Shown here: positions 1 through 9,518 of the stretch, one piece after another | How positions within the stretch are numbered: the first letter of the stretch is position 1 | Layout of the letters: each line of letters starts with the position of its first letter | NCBI GenBank assembly: GCA_018058035.1 | Contig: JAGPCN010000002.1 | Coordinates: 1-34,165, forward strand | Direction: 5' to 3' | DNA from: Fuscovulum sp. | GTDB lineage: Bacteria; Pseudomonadota; Alphaproteobacteria; Rhodobacterales; Rhodobacteraceae | DNA: 34,165 nt | Translations under genes and position numbers: made by a program | Notes under the pieces: model-generated | Told to the model about the DNA's origin: nothing | Databases searched by the model: none | What the model saw: the letters and a program-made list of their open reading frames with translations, nothing else

Positions 1-1142
1 GTGCCCGACTGGGAAAAACAGGTGATCGCCTTGATGTCGGTGGCCTCGGCGATCTCGCGCGCGGCGGCGACGATGCCGTCGGCCACGGTTTCGCGCTTTA
101 CCACGCGGCTGGCCTCGATCACGCTGCGATAGGTCGGGTCCTTTTCGACCGACTTGGCCACGTTGTCCATCGTGGTCACCGCTTCGATCGGGAACTTGCC
201 GGCGGCGCTTTCGGCCGACAGCATCACGGCGTCGGCGCCTTCGTAGATCGCGGTCGCCACGTCCGACACCTCGGCCCGGGTGGGCATCGGGTTCTCGATC
301 ATCGATTCCAGCATCTGGGTCGCCACGATCACCGGCTTGGCCGCGGCGCGGGCGCCGCGCACCAGGCGCTTCTGGATCGGCGGCACCGAATGCACCGGCA
401 GTTCCACCCCCAGGTCGCCGCGGGCGACCATGATCCCGTCGCTGACCTTGAGGATCGCGTCATAGGCCTTCACGGCGGCCGGCTTTTCGATCTTCGACAG
501 GATCGCGGCGCGGCCCTTGGCCAGCTCGCGCGCCTCGAGCACGTCTTCGGGGCGCTGCACGAAGGACAGCGCCAGCCAGTCCACCCCCAGTTCGCAGGCG
601 AATTCCAGGTCCTTGCGGTCCTTTTCCGACAGCGCGGCCACCGGCAGCACCACGTCGGGCACGTTCACGCCCTTGCGGTTGGAAATCGTGCCGCCCACCG
701 TCACGGTGCAATCGGCGAAATCGGGGCCGCAGGTCTCGACCTTCAGGCGGATCTTGCCGTCGTTCACCAGCAGGCTGCTGCCAGGTTCCAGGGCGGCAAA
801 GATCTCGGGGTGGGGCAGCTGGACACGCCGGGAATCGCCGGGCGTCGGGTCCAGGTCCAGGCGGAACTTGTTGCCGTCCTCAAGGTCATGCGCGCCGGCG
901 GCAAAGGTGCCCACCCGCAGCTTGGGCCCCTGCAGGTCGGCCAGGATGCCGATGGGGCGGCCCAGGTCCTTTTCAACCTGCCGGATATGCACATGGCGCG
1001 CGCGGATGTCGTCATGCGTGCCATGGCTCATGTTCAGGCGGAACACGTCGGCGCCTGCCTCGAACAGGGCGCGGATCATCTTGTAGTCGCTGGAAGCCGG
1101 CCCGAGCGTGGCCACGATCTTCACATTGCGGTGACGGCGCAT
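1..1142 (-). CDS. pyk: Pyruvate kinase (3' end runs off the window)
   Basis: Not in the ORF track; manual minus-strand translation from ATG 1142 gives MRRHRNVKIVATLGPAS...FRLNMSHG...DLQGPKLRVG...MVARGDLGVE...ATQMLESMI..P.PTRAEVSDVATAI..GADAVMLSAESAAG. AGGAGG RBS at 1150-1155. Confidence 0.97.
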   Translation of the reverse strand, partial: MRRHRNVKIVATLGPASSDYKMIRALFEAGADVFRLNMSHGTHDDIRARHVHIRQVEKDLGRPIGILADLQGPKLRVGTFAAGAHDLEDGNKFRLDLDPTPGDSRRVQLPHPEIFAALEPGSSLLVNDGKIRLKVETCGPDFADCTVTVGGTISNRKGVNVPDVVLPVAALSEKDRKDLEFACELGVDWLALSFVQRPEDVLEARELAKGRAAILSKIEKPAAVKAYDAILKVSDGIMVARGDLGVELPVHSVPPIQKRLVRGARAAAKPVIVATQMLESMIENPMPTRAEVSDVATAIYEGADAVMLSAESAAGKFPIEAVTTMDNVAKSVEKDPTYRSVIEASRVVKRETVADGIVAAAREIAEATDIKAITCFSQSG

Positions 1143-1322
1143 CTGCCATCCTCCTGCTGATTGTTCGGTTTCGTGGTGGGCCGCGTGCCTTATGGCGCAA
1201 TCCTGTGCGGCCCGCAACGCCCGGCTTGCGCGGATCACGCGGTTTCGCTGCCGGTGCCGGGTCTTTACGCAGGGAAAGCGATCCACTACCTCGTTTGCGG
1301 GCAAGGCGAGACGGGGTGCGGC

Positions 1323-2060
1323 GTGGCGTTCGTGGTTGAGGGTGAGGACCGGCCGGGCCGCTGGCTGGTGACATGCGACCATGCATCGAACCGGGTGCCC
1401 GACTGGGTGAACGGCGGCGATCTGGGCATCGCCGGGGCCGACATGGCGCGCCACATCGCCTGGGACGTGGGCGCCGCGGGCCTGGCGCGCGCGCTGGCCG
1501 AACGGCTGGACAGCCCGGCGATCCTGTCCGACTTCAGCCGCCTGGTGATCGACCCCAACCGTGGCGAGGACGACCCGACCCTGGTGATGCGGCTTTATGA
1601 CGGCACCATCATCCCCGCCAACCGCCACCTGACCGTGGCCGAGATCGACGAACGCCTGACCCGCCTTTATCGCCCCTACCATGCCGCCTATGCCTGCCTG
1701 GCCGACCGGCGGCCCGATACGGTGATCCTGGCGATCCACAGCTTTACCCCCTGCCTGAAAGGGCGGGCGCCGCGGCCCTGGCATGTGGGCGTGCTGCATT
1801 CGCACCTGGACAGCCGGCTGTCGCTGCCGCTGATCGCCCGCCTGTGCGCCGAGCCCGACCTTTGCATCGGTGACAACGAGCCCTATTCCGGGCATCTTCC
1901 GGGCGACGCGATCGACCGCCACGCCCTGCGCACGGGGCGCCACAACACCCTGGTCGAGCTGCGCAACGACCTGATCGCCACGGCCGAGGGGCAGGCCGCC
2001 TGGGCCGACCGGCTGGCGCCGATCCTGCAACAGGTTCTGGGGGAACTGACCGATGGATGA
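1323..2060 (+). CDS. N-formylglutamate amidohydrolase family protein
   Basis: Motifs CDHASNRVP, HIAWDVGA, SRLVIDPNRG, YRPYH, IHSFTP, GDNEPYSG, ELRNDLI. The GTG start at 1323 is inferred; the ORF is open from 1161. Confidence 0.88.
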   Translation: MAFVVEGEDRPGRWLVTCDHASNRVPDWVNGGDLGIAGADMARHIAWDVGAAGLARALAERLDSPAILSDFSRLVIDPNRGEDDPTLVMRLYDGTIIPANRHLTVAEIDERLTRLYRPYHAAYACLADRRPDTVILAIHSFTPCLKGRAPRPWHVGVLHSHLDSRLSLPLIARLCAEPDLCIGDNEPYSGHLPGDAIDRHALRTGRHNTLVELRNDLIATAEGQAAWADRLAPILQQVLGELTDG

Positions 2061-2367
2061 CCGCACCCGCACCGAGATCGAGGCCGCCGCCTTTCGCGCG
2101 CTGGTCCATCACCTGATGGTCAAGCGCCCGGATGTGCAGAACATCGACCTGATGAACCTGGGCGGCTTCTGTCGCAACTGCCTGTCGCGCTGGTACCAGG
2201 AGGCCGCGGCCGAGCGCGGCATCGACCTGACCAAGGACGCGGCGCGCGAGATCGTCTACGGCATGCCCTATGCGACCTGGGTGGCGCAGCACCAGACCGA
2301 GGCCAGTGCCGACCAGAAGGCGGCCTTTGCGGTGTCCTTGCGGGAAAACGTCGGCCCCCGCGACTGA
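2053..2367 (+). CDS. DUF1244 family protein
   Basis: EAAAFRALVHHL..RPDVQNIDLMNLGGFCRNCLSRWY and REIVYGMPY..W signature; overlaps the upstream stop codon. Confidence 0.9.
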   Translation: MDDRTRTEIEAAAFRALVHHLMVKRPDVQNIDLMNLGGFCRNCLSRWYQEAAAERGIDLTKDAAREIVYGMPYATWVAQHQTEASADQKAAFAVSLRENVGPRD

Positions 2368-2595
2368 CCGGCCGTGCCGATCAATCCCAGGCAGAAAGCG
2401 TCGCCACGGCCCTGGCGCAGAATTGGCGTTAGGCTGGAAACAATCCTTCCAGCTATCAGCAAATTGTGTCAAGCATTTGGCGAAGAAAGGAAAATTCCCG
2501 TCCCGCAGCTTGACGCTGTGTCGCCCTTTACCTTCAATCGGTTAAGAAAACGTGAACGCCGGTGCGACTCGCGGCGGGTGTTTGGGGGTGTTGCG

Positions 2596-3798
2596 ATGGA
2601 ACTTCTGCTTGTCCTGCCGCTGCTGCTGGTGGGCTTCCTGATCGACGGCCTGTCGAACGATGACGACGACAACGGCGGGGGCGGCTCTGGTGGCCGGGAC
2701 GACCCGCTTGACCTGCAGGGCACCGACGCCGACGAGACGCTGGAGGGCGGCAACTCCGCCGATACCCTGCGCGGCGGCGGGGGCGGCGACCTGCTGTTCG
2801 GCGGCCAGGACGACGACAGCCTGTTCGGCGAAGCCGGCGACGACCGGATGGTCGGCGGCGCGGGCAGCGACTCGCTGGATGGCGGCGACGGCTTCGACGA
2901 CCTGCGCGGCTATTCCGGCGATGACGTTCTTGCCGGTGATGCGGGCGACGACACCGTGGCAGGTGATGCCGGCAATGACCTTCTCAGCGGCAATGACGGG
3001 GCCGACTTCGTCTATGGCGGCGAAGGCAACGACCAGTTGCAGGGCGATGCTGGCGCCGATCTGTTGCGCGGCGGCGGCGGCGACGATGGCCTGGTCGGTG
3101 GCGACGGCGACGATACCCTGCTGGGTGAGGACGGCGACGATTTCATGGCCGGCGGTGACGGGACCGACCGCCTGCTGGGCGGCGCGGGCAACGACCGGAT
3201 GGACGGCGGCGCGGGCACCGGGTTCCTGTACGGTGGCGACGGCGACGATGGCCTGGCCGGCGGCAGCGGCATCGATTCGCTTCTGGGCGGCACGGGCAAC
3301 GACAGCCTGTTCGGTCTGGACGGCGATGACCGGCTGAACGGCCAGGAGGGCAACGACCTGATGGAGGGCGACAACGGCGCCGACATCCTGCAGGGCGGTG
3401 ACGGCAACGACTCCCTGGCCGGCGGTGCGGGTGACGACACGATGAGCGGCGGCCTGGGCGCCGACCTGCTGACCGGCGGCGACGGCAACGACCAGATCTA
3501 TGCTTCGGAGGGCGACACGCTGACCGGGGGCGCGGGCACCGACGAGATCATCGTGCTGGATGCCATCGGCGACGGCGCGGCCTTTGTCACCGACTATGTC
3601 GCGGGGCAGGATTCCTACATCGTGCAGTACGACGTGGCCGACAGCACGACACCGCCGCCGGCGGGCAGCTTCTCGGTCAGCGCCTCGGGCGGTGATGCGG
3701 TGATCCTGCGCGGCGGGCAGGAATATCTGCGGCTGGTCGGCGTGAACCCGGCGGACGTGGACCTGGCCGATTTCTCCGCCGCGACCCGCCTGGCCTGA
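2596..3798 (+). CDS. RTX-type (hemolysin-type) calcium-binding repeat protein with N-terminal hydrophobic segment
   Basis: Long tandem run of GGxGxDxLx nonapeptides; ATG 2596 ([16 protein letters not shown]) preceded by GGGGGTG. Confidence 0.9.
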   Translation: MELLLVLPLLLVGFLIDGLSNDDDDNGGGGSGGRDDPLDLQGTDADETLEGGNSADTLRGGGGGDLLFGGQDDDSLFGEAGDDRMVGGAGSDSLDGGDGFDDLRGYSGDDVLAGDAGDDTVAGDAGNDLLSGNDGADFVYGGEGNDQLQGDAGADLLRGGGGDDGLVGGDGDDTLLGEDGDDFMAGGDGTDRLLGGAGNDRMDGGAGTGFLYGGDGDDGLAGGSGIDSLLGGTGNDSLFGLDGDDRLNGQEGNDLMEGDNGADILQGGDGNDSLAGGAGDDTMSGGLGADLLTGGDGNDQIYASEGDTLTGGAGTDEIIVLDAIGDGAAFVTDYVAGQDSYIVQYDVADSTTPPPAGSFSVSASGGDAVILRGGQEYLRLVGVNPADVDLADFSAATRLA

Positions 3799-3806
3799 GG
3801 CGCGGC

Positions 3807-4106
3807 CTACAGTCCCAGGGCGCGCAACAGCGCGGCCACGCCCACGCCGGCGACAGCCGCCCCCACGTCGTTGCGGGTGGTGACCGACAGCACCATCGCC
3901 GCCGACAGCGCCAGCGCTTCGACCAGGCCCCCGGCGACCAGGGCCTGCGCCGTGATCCCGGCCATTACCGCCAGCGGCGTCGCCTTCAGCGCGGCATCCA
4001 GCCGGGCCGAGGGCGGCAGGAACCGCATCGCCAGGAACCCCGCAAAGCGGCAGAACAGCGCGGCGGCGGTCATCACCGCCAGCATCGCGGGCAGCGAGGG
4101 CGTCAT
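3807..4106 (-). CDS. azlD: AzlD-like small membrane subunit of an amino-acid exporter
   Basis: 99-aa hydrophobic protein (MTPSLPAML...CRFAGF...) with ATGA overlap to the azlC stop. Confidence 0.75.
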   Translation of the reverse strand: MTPSLPAMLAVMTAAALFCRFAGFLAMRFLPPSARLDAALKATPLAVMAGITAQALVAGGLVEALALSAAMVLSVTTRNDVGAAVAGVGVAALLRALGL

Positions 4107-4807
4107 CGCAGCACCCCCGGCCGGGCCGTCAGCGCCGCCACCGCCGCGCCGCACAGGCCCGCCGCCACGATGCCCCAGCCGTTGCCGGCCAGCGGCGTGA
4201 CCGCCAGCGCCGCCGCCGCTCCCACCGCCACCGGCACCAGATGGCCGCGCACCCGCACCATGGCCGCCATCATCGCCGCCGCAAAGGCCGGCAGCATCAG
4301 GTCGGCGCCAAAGGCATGCGGGTCGGGCAGCACCCGGCCAAAGATCACTCCGATCAGGGTCCCGCCCAGCCAGGCGCCCACCAGGGGCACGCCGGTTCCC
4401 ATCAGGTAGGCGCGGTCTTCCTCGCCCTGCTCGGCCGCCCGCATGGTGGCGATCCAGTTCGCGTCACCGATCGGGAACAGGCTGCCATAGGCCCGCAGCG
4501 GCCCCGCCTGCGACAGCCAGGGCTGGATCGTGGCTCCGAACAGCAGGTAGCGGGCGTTCATCACCAGCACGGTGGCAAACAGCGTCAAGAGCGTCGCCTG
4601 CCCCGCCTGGATCACCGACAGCGCCGCCAGCTGGGCCGAGCCCGAGAACACCGTCACGCTCATCGCCAGTGCCCAGCCCCAGGACATGCCGGCCTGCGCC
4701 GCCACCAGCCCGAAGGCCAGCCCATAGATGAAGATCGCCGCCCCAAGCGCTGCGCCCACCCGGGCGCCGCGCCAAAAGCCGGCCAGAGTGAAGGGCGCGC
4801 GGCTCAC
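4103..4807 (-). CDS. azlC: AzlC family amino-acid exporter permease
   Basis: YGLAFG, MSVTVFSGSAQ, MNARYLLFG, D..W and WLGGTLIG motifs. Confidence 0.9.
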   Translation of the reverse strand: MSRAPFTLAGFWRGARVGAALGAAIFIYGLAFGLVAAQAGMSWGWALAMSVTVFSGSAQLAALSVIQAGQATLLTLFATVLVMNARYLLFGATIQPWLSQAGPLRAYGSLFPIGDANWIATMRAAEQGEEDRAYLMGTGVPLVGAWLGGTLIGVIFGRVLPDPHAFGADLMLPAFAAAMMAAMVRVRGHLVPVAVGAAAALAVTPLAGNGWGIVAAGLCGAAVAALTARPGVLR

Positions 4808-4808
4808 C

Positions 4809-5669
4809 TCAGACGGCGGCCTTCCGCATCTCGTCGATGTAGATGTCGCGCAGGCGGGCGGCGATCTTGCCGGGCTTGCCGGTGCCCACCGGTGCGCCGT
4901 CGATCTGCACCACCGGCATCACGAAGGCGCTGGCGCTGGTGATGAAGGCCTCGTCGGCCTGCTTTGCCTCGTCGATGGAAAAGCTGCGCTCCTCGACCTC
5001 CATCTGCGCTTCGCGGGCAAAGCGCAGGACGGCGGCCCGGGTGATGCCGTGCAGGATGTCGTTCGACAGTGCGCGGGTGATGATCCGGTTGCCCTTGACG
5101 ATATAGGCGTTGTTCGAGGTGCCCTCGGTCACAAGGCCATCCTCGGTGAACCAGGCGTCGTCCACGCCGGCCTTCTTGGCCATCATCTTGCCCATGCTGG
5201 GGTACAGCAGCTGCACCGTCTTGATGTCGCGCCGGCCCCAGCGGATGTCGGGGATCGAGATCACCTTGAACCCGGTGCGGGCGGCCGGATTGTCGGCCAT
5301 CCCGGGTTTGGATTGCGTGAACAGGACCACGGTCGGCGGCACCTCGGGCGAGGGATAGGCAAAGTCGCGGTCGCCCGGATTGCCGCGGGTGACCTGCAGG
5401 TAGATCATCCCCTCGTCGATGCCGTTGCGGGCGACCAGTTGGCGATGCACCTCCAGCCATTCGGCCTCGGTCAGCGGGTTCTTCATCTCCAGCTCGTCCA
5501 GGCTGCGCTGCAGGCGTTTCGCGTGGCCGGCAAAGTCGATCAGCTTGCCGCCCAGCACGGACGTCACCTCATAGACCCCGTCGGCCATCAGGAAGCCGCG
5601 GTCGAAGATCGACACCTTGGCCTCGGTCTCGGGCAGGTAGTCGCCGTTCACATAGACGGTGCGGGTCAT
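4809..5669 (-). CDS. dat: D-amino-acid (D-alanine) transaminase, PLP fold type IV
   Basis: MTRTVYVNG, SIFDRGFLMADGVYEV, YLQVTRG, RW.RRDIKT, EGTSNN, ILHGITR, EAFITSAS. Confidence 0.93.
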   Translation of the reverse strand: MTRTVYVNGDYLPETEAKVSIFDRGFLMADGVYEVTSVLGGKLIDFAGHAKRLQRSLDELEMKNPLTEAEWLEVHRQLVARNGIDEGMIYLQVTRGNPGDRDFAYPSPEVPPTVVLFTQSKPGMADNPAARTGFKVISIPDIRWGRRDIKTVQLLYPSMGKMMAKKAGVDDAWFTEDGLVTEGTSNNAYIVKGNRIITRALSNDILHGITRAAVLRFAREAQMEVEERSFSIDEAKQADEAFITSASAFVMPVVQIDGAPVGTGKPGKIAARLRDIYIDEMRKAAV

Positions 5670-5671
5670 GC

Positions 5672-6634
5672 TTATCCCCAAAGCTGCGGGCTGGCCGGGT
5701 GGATGGAACGGTCGTCATAGCGGACCGGGTGGGCGCGGTCTTCGGCCATGTCGGCGGGGCCGTCAAGGTCGGACCAGTCGGCGCCCTGCGCGACAAGGAT
5801 CGCGGGCGCCATCGACAGGCTGGTCGAGATCATGCAGCCGACCATCACCCGCAGTCCCAGACGGCGGGCCTCGTCGCGGGCGCGCAGCGCCTCGGTCAGG
5901 CCGCCGGTCTTGTCCAGCTTCAGGTTCACCACGTCATAGCGGCCCAGCAGGCCGGCCAGGCTGGCCGCATCATGGGCGCTTTCGTCGGCACAGACCGGCA
6001 GCGGGCGGGCGATTTCGGACAGCATCTCGTCGGCGCCCTGTGGCAGCGGCTGTTCCACCATCTCGACCCCCAGGCGGATCAGATGGGGGGCAAGGTCGGT
6101 GTAGACCTGCGGCGTCCAGCCTTCGTTCGCATCGACGATCAGCCGCACGTCCGGGGCACCCTGGCGCACGGCTTCGATCCGCGGCATGTCGGCGGGGGTG
6201 CCCAGCTTGACCTTCAGCACCGCGCGGTGCCGGTTCGCCGCCGCCGCCGCGCGCATCTTCTCGGGCGTATCCAGCGAGATCGTGAAGGCGATCTCCACCG
6301 GCTGCGGTTCGCTCAGCCCTGCCAGGCGCCAGACCGGCGTGCCGCTGGCCTTGGCCTCAAGGTCCCACAGCGCGCAGTCGACGGCATTGCGCGCGGCACC
6401 GGGGAGCAGGGCGTCTTGCAGGGCGGCGCGGGTGATGCCTTCGGGCAGGGCAGAGATGGTGGCGACGGCGTCCTCGACCGTCTGGCCGTAGCGGGGATAG
6501 GGCAGCCCCTCGCCCCAGCCGCTGGCGCTGCCGCGCGAGACGCGGCAGGTCACCACCCGCGCCTCGGTCTTTGAGCCGCGGCTGATGGTGAAGGGGTTGC
6601 GCAGGCGAAAGGTCTCGGGCGTGGCGGTCAGCAT
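5672..6634 (-). CDS. dgcA: DgcA-like N-acetyl-D-Glu racemase / L-Ala-D/L-Glu epimerase (enolase superfamily)
   Basis: FTISRGSK, KVKLG, DANEGW, EQP, ADES, NLKLDKTGG, MVGCM, DLDGP motifs. Confidence 0.85.
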   Translation of the reverse strand: MLTATPETFRLRNPFTISRGSKTEARVVTCRVSRGSASGWGEGLPYPRYGQTVEDAVATISALPEGITRAALQDALLPGAARNAVDCALWDLEAKASGTPVWRLAGLSEPQPVEIAFTISLDTPEKMRAAAAANRHRAVLKVKLGTPADMPRIEAVRQGAPDVRLIVDANEGWTPQVYTDLAPHLIRLGVEMVEQPLPQGADEMLSEIARPLPVCADESAHDAASLAGLLGRYDVVNLKLDKTGGLTEALRARDEARRLGLRVMVGCMISTSLSMAPAILVAQGADWSDLDGPADMAEDRAHPVRYDDRSIHPASPQLWG

Positions 6635-6771
6635 GGGCCAGCAGTAGCAGGCGCGGGCGACCGGGAAAAGCGGGGCCCCATGCTGCGCCTGCGAAAGGGA
6701 TGTTGCGCTGCGGCGCGCAATAATCTAACCCGTGGAGCCAGAGTCGTGAAATATCCTTGCCCGAGGAAAGA

Positions 6772-7731
6772 ATGAGCTTTCGCATCCAGCCCAGCCCCGC
6801 CGCCCGCCCAAACCGCTGCCAGCTGTTCGGCCCCGGCTCGCGGCCGGCGCTGTTCGAGAAGATGGCGGCATCGGCGGCCGACGTGATCAACCTCGATCTC
6901 GAGGATTCGGTGGCGCCGGATGACAAGCCGCAGGCGCGGGCGAACATCATCCAGGCGATCAACGACATCGACTGGGGGAAAAAGACCCTGTCGGTGCGGA
7001 TCAACGGGCTGGACACGCCCTTCTGGTACCAGGACGTGGTGCAGGTGCTGGAACAGGCGGGTCCGCGGATAGACCAGATCATGATCCCCAAGGTCGGTTG
7101 CGCGGCCGATGTCTATGCGGTCGATGCGCTGGTGACGGCCATCGAACGCGCCAAGGGCCGGACCCGGCCGATCAGCCTTGAGGTCATCATCGAGACGGCG
7201 GCCGGCATCGCCCATGTCGAGGAGATTGCGGCCTCGTCGCCGCGGTTGCAGGCGATGAGCCTGGGCGCGGCGGATTTCGCGGCCTCGATGGGAATGCAGA
7301 CGACCGGGATCGGCGGCACGCAGGAAAACTACTACATGCACCGCGAGGGGCAGAAGTACTGGTCCGATCCCTGGCACTGGGCACAGGCCGCCATCGTGGC
7401 GGCCTGCCGGACGCATGGGGTGCTGCCGGTGGACGGGCCGTTCGGGGATTTCTCGGACGAAGAGGGCTTTCGCGCCCAGGCGCGGCGGTCGGCGACGCTG
7501 GGGATGGTGGGGAAATGGGCGATCCACCCCAAGCAGGTGGCACTGGCGAACGAGGTGTTCACTCCTTCGGACGCGGCCGTGACCGAGGCGCGCGAGATCC
7601 TGGCCGCGATGGAAGCGGCGAAGGCCGCAGGCCAGGGCGCGGCGGTCTACAAGGGGCGGCTGGTGGACATTGCATCCATGCGGCAGGCCGAGGTGATCGT
7701 GCGCCAGGCCGAGATCATCGCCGGCACCTGA
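6772..7731 (+). CDS. mcl1: L-malyl-CoA/beta-methylmalyl-CoA lyase (CitE/HpcH family)
   Basis: MSFRIQPSPAARPNRCQLFGPGS N-terminus, LDLEDSVAP, GAADFAASMGMQTTGIGG, DGPFGDFSD, GKWAIHP; RBS GAGGAAAG. Confidence 0.93.
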   Translation: MSFRIQPSPAARPNRCQLFGPGSRPALFEKMAASAADVINLDLEDSVAPDDKPQARANIIQAINDIDWGKKTLSVRINGLDTPFWYQDVVQVLEQAGPRIDQIMIPKVGCAADVYAVDALVTAIERAKGRTRPISLEVIIETAAGIAHVEEIAASSPRLQAMSLGAADFAASMGMQTTGIGGTQENYYMHREGQKYWSDPWHWAQAAIVAACRTHGVLPVDGPFGDFSDEEGFRAQARRSATLGMVGKWAIHPKQVALANEVFTPSDAAVTEAREILAAMEAAKAAGQGAAVYKGRLVDIASMRQAEVIVRQAEIIAGT

Positions 7732-7986
7732 GGAATCGTTGACAGCCTGTCGCGGCTTTGAGCAGACTTTCCGCAACGAAAGCCCGGTTTCGGGCGATCC
7801 GCAAAGGTACCCGCGCCGCGATCCAGGGGAGAGGAGACCCCTCGCGGCAAATCGGGAGGACGCGCAGCCCGTGGCCGACCGCCGCGGGCTGTTGCGTTGA
7901 GGGCGGTGAAGCAATTGCGCGGCTGCCGCCGCAAGTCTTTTTCGTTTTCCCCTGGCGTTTGCGCGGGGTGGTGGATGTCGGCTGAC

Positions 7987-8110
7987 GAGGGGCCAGCCCC
8001 TCGAACTCCCCGGAGTATTTGGAAAAGAGCAATTGCAGGGGGAAGGCGTTTCCGCAGGCTTGCTCTTTTGGAAATACTCTCTGGGGGTTTGGGGGGCGAA
8101 GCGCCCCCAA
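7987..8110. repeat. Inverted pair of hairpin + (A)AATACT-motif intergenic repeat units (REP/MITE-like)
   Basis: GAGGGG-CCAG-CCCCTC...CCCCGGAGTATTTGGAAAAGAGCAA (7987-8032) is mirrored by TTGCTCTTTTGGAAATACTCTCTGGGGG...TTGGGGGGCGAAGCGCCCCCAA (8060-8110). Confidence 0.7.
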
Positions 8111-8113
8111 CGC

Positions 8114-8141
8114 CGAGGAGGAGGCGAAGGCCGACGACGAG
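8114..8141. repeat. GAA-loop palindromic repeat, single unit (CGAGGAG-stem-GAA-stem-CGACGAG)
   Basis: Same flanks as the units at 10072-10097 and 17540-17567. Confidence 0.6.
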
Positions 8142-8247
8142 AGGAAAGACTTCGCCGTCAGGCGGCAATCTGGCGCCCTGCAAATCTTGCCGAGTTGCAC
8201 TTTGCCCCCCCTCCGGCCATATAGGTCGCGACCGGGAGAGGTGCGCC

Positions 8248-9207
8248 ATGATCTATCTGGAGTTCGAGAAACCCCTTGCCGAGATCGAGGGCAAGGCCGA
8301 GGAACTGCGGGCCCTGGCGCGCACCTCCGAGGGGATGGACGTCTCACGCGAGGCCGAGGCGCTGGACCGCAAGGCGGAAACCGCGCTGCGCGATCTCTAC
8401 AAGAGCCTGTCGGCCTGGCAGAAATGCCAGGTGGCGCGGCACCCCGACCGGCCGCATTGCCGCGACTACATCGAGGGCCTGTTCACAGAGTACACGCCGC
8501 TGGCCGGCGACCGCGCCTTTGCCGACGACCATGCGGTGATGGGCGGACTGGCGCGGTTCAACGACCGGCCGGTGGTGGTGATTGGCCACGAAAAGGGCCA
8601 CGACACCAAGACCCGGATCGAGCGCAACTTCGGCATGGCCCGGCCCGAGGGTTACCGCAAGGCGATCCGGCTGATGGACCTGGCTGACCGGTTCCGGCTG
8701 CCGGTGATCACCCTGGTCGACACCCCCGGCGCCTATCCCGGCAAGGGCGCCGAAGAGCGCGGCCAGGCCGAGGCCATTGCGCGGTCGACCGAGAAATGCC
8801 TGGCCATCGGCGTGCCCCTGGTCTGCGTGGTGATCGGCGAGGGCGGCAGCGGCGGGGCGGTGGCCTTTGCCACGGCGAACCGCATCGCGATGCTGGAGCA
8901 TTCGATCTATTCCGTCATCAGCCCCGAAGGCTGCGCCAGCATCCTGTGGAAGGATGCCGAGAAGATGCGCGAGGCCGCCGAGGCCTTGAAGCTGACGGCG
9001 CAGGACCTGCAGAAGCTGGGCCTGATCGACCGGATCGTGAAGGAACCCGTGGGCGGCGCGCAGCGCGGCCGGGCAGAGACGGTCGAGGCCGTGGGCAAGG
9101 CCGTCGAGGCAATGCTGAAGGAACTGTCGGGCAAGAAGCCCGAGGCGCTGGTGCGCGACCGGCGGGAAAAGTTCCTGTCGATGGGGTCCAAGGGGCTGGC
9201 CGCGTGA
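8248..9207 (+). CDS. accA: Acetyl-CoA carboxylase carboxyltransferase subunit alpha
   Basis: [58 protein letters not shown]; RBS GGAGAGG. Confidence 0.97.
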   Translation: MIYLEFEKPLAEIEGKAEELRALARTSEGMDVSREAEALDRKAETALRDLYKSLSAWQKCQVARHPDRPHCRDYIEGLFTEYTPLAGDRAFADDHAVMGGLARFNDRPVVVIGHEKGHDTKTRIERNFGMARPEGYRKAIRLMDLADRFRLPVITLVDTPGAYPGKGAEERGQAEAIARSTEKCLAIGVPLVCVVIGEGGSGGAVAFATANRIAMLEHSIYSVISPEGCASILWKDAEKMREAAEALKLTAQDLQKLGLIDRIVKEPVGGAQRGRAETVEAVGKAVEAMLKELSGKKPEALVRDRREKFLSMGSKGLAA

Positions 9208-9518
9208 ACCCCTGGATCATCGTCGCCATCGCCGGGCTGATGGAGACGGGCTGGGCTTTGGGGCTGAAGTATTCCGAGGGCTTCACCCGGCTCTGGCCTT
9301 CGGTCGTGACCATCGTGCTGGCGCTTGGGTCGTTCTGGCTGCTGTCGGTTGCGATGAAAAGCCTGCCGGTGGGCACCGCCTATGCGGTCTGGGTGGGCAT
9401 CGGGGCGATCGGCACCGCCGTTGCCGCAGTCTTCCTGTTTCACGAGCCGGTCAACGCGATGCGGGTGGCGGGCGTCCTGCTGATCCTGGCCGGGATCGTG
9501 GCGCTGAAATTCGCATGA
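9204..9518 (+). CDS. sugE: SMR-family exporter, SugE/Gdx subtype
   Basis: 104 aa from GTG 9204 (GTGA overlap with the accA stop): [42 protein letters not shown]. Confidence 0.9.
   Translation: MNPWIIVAIAGLMETGWALGLKYSEGFTRLWPSVVTIVLALGSFWLLSVAMKSLPVGTAYAVWVGIGAIGTAVAAVFLFHEPVNAMRVAGVLLILAGIVALKFA

Noticed and set aside
390-1160. + strand ORFs over 280-1160
   Set aside because: Antisense to pyk, which the track missed because its stop codon is outside the window.
2700-3560. 27-bp periodic repeats as a possible CRISPR or DNA repeat array
   Set aside because: They are degenerate codons for RTX nonapeptides, with no repeat-spacer structure or cas genes.
6680-6722. TGCGGCGCGCAA / TGCTGCGCCTGC as PhaR- or RegA-type sites upstream of mcl1
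   Set aside because: GC-rich degenerate matches are expected by chance here; needs footprinting.
7733-7749. GAATCGTTGACAGCCTG as a possible IS terminal inverted repeat
   Set aside because: Only a vague resemblance; no partner end or transposase in the window.
7897-8247. 117-aa N-terminal extension of AccA
   Set aside because: It reads through repeat DNA; the conserved N-terminus and an RBS point to ATG 8248.
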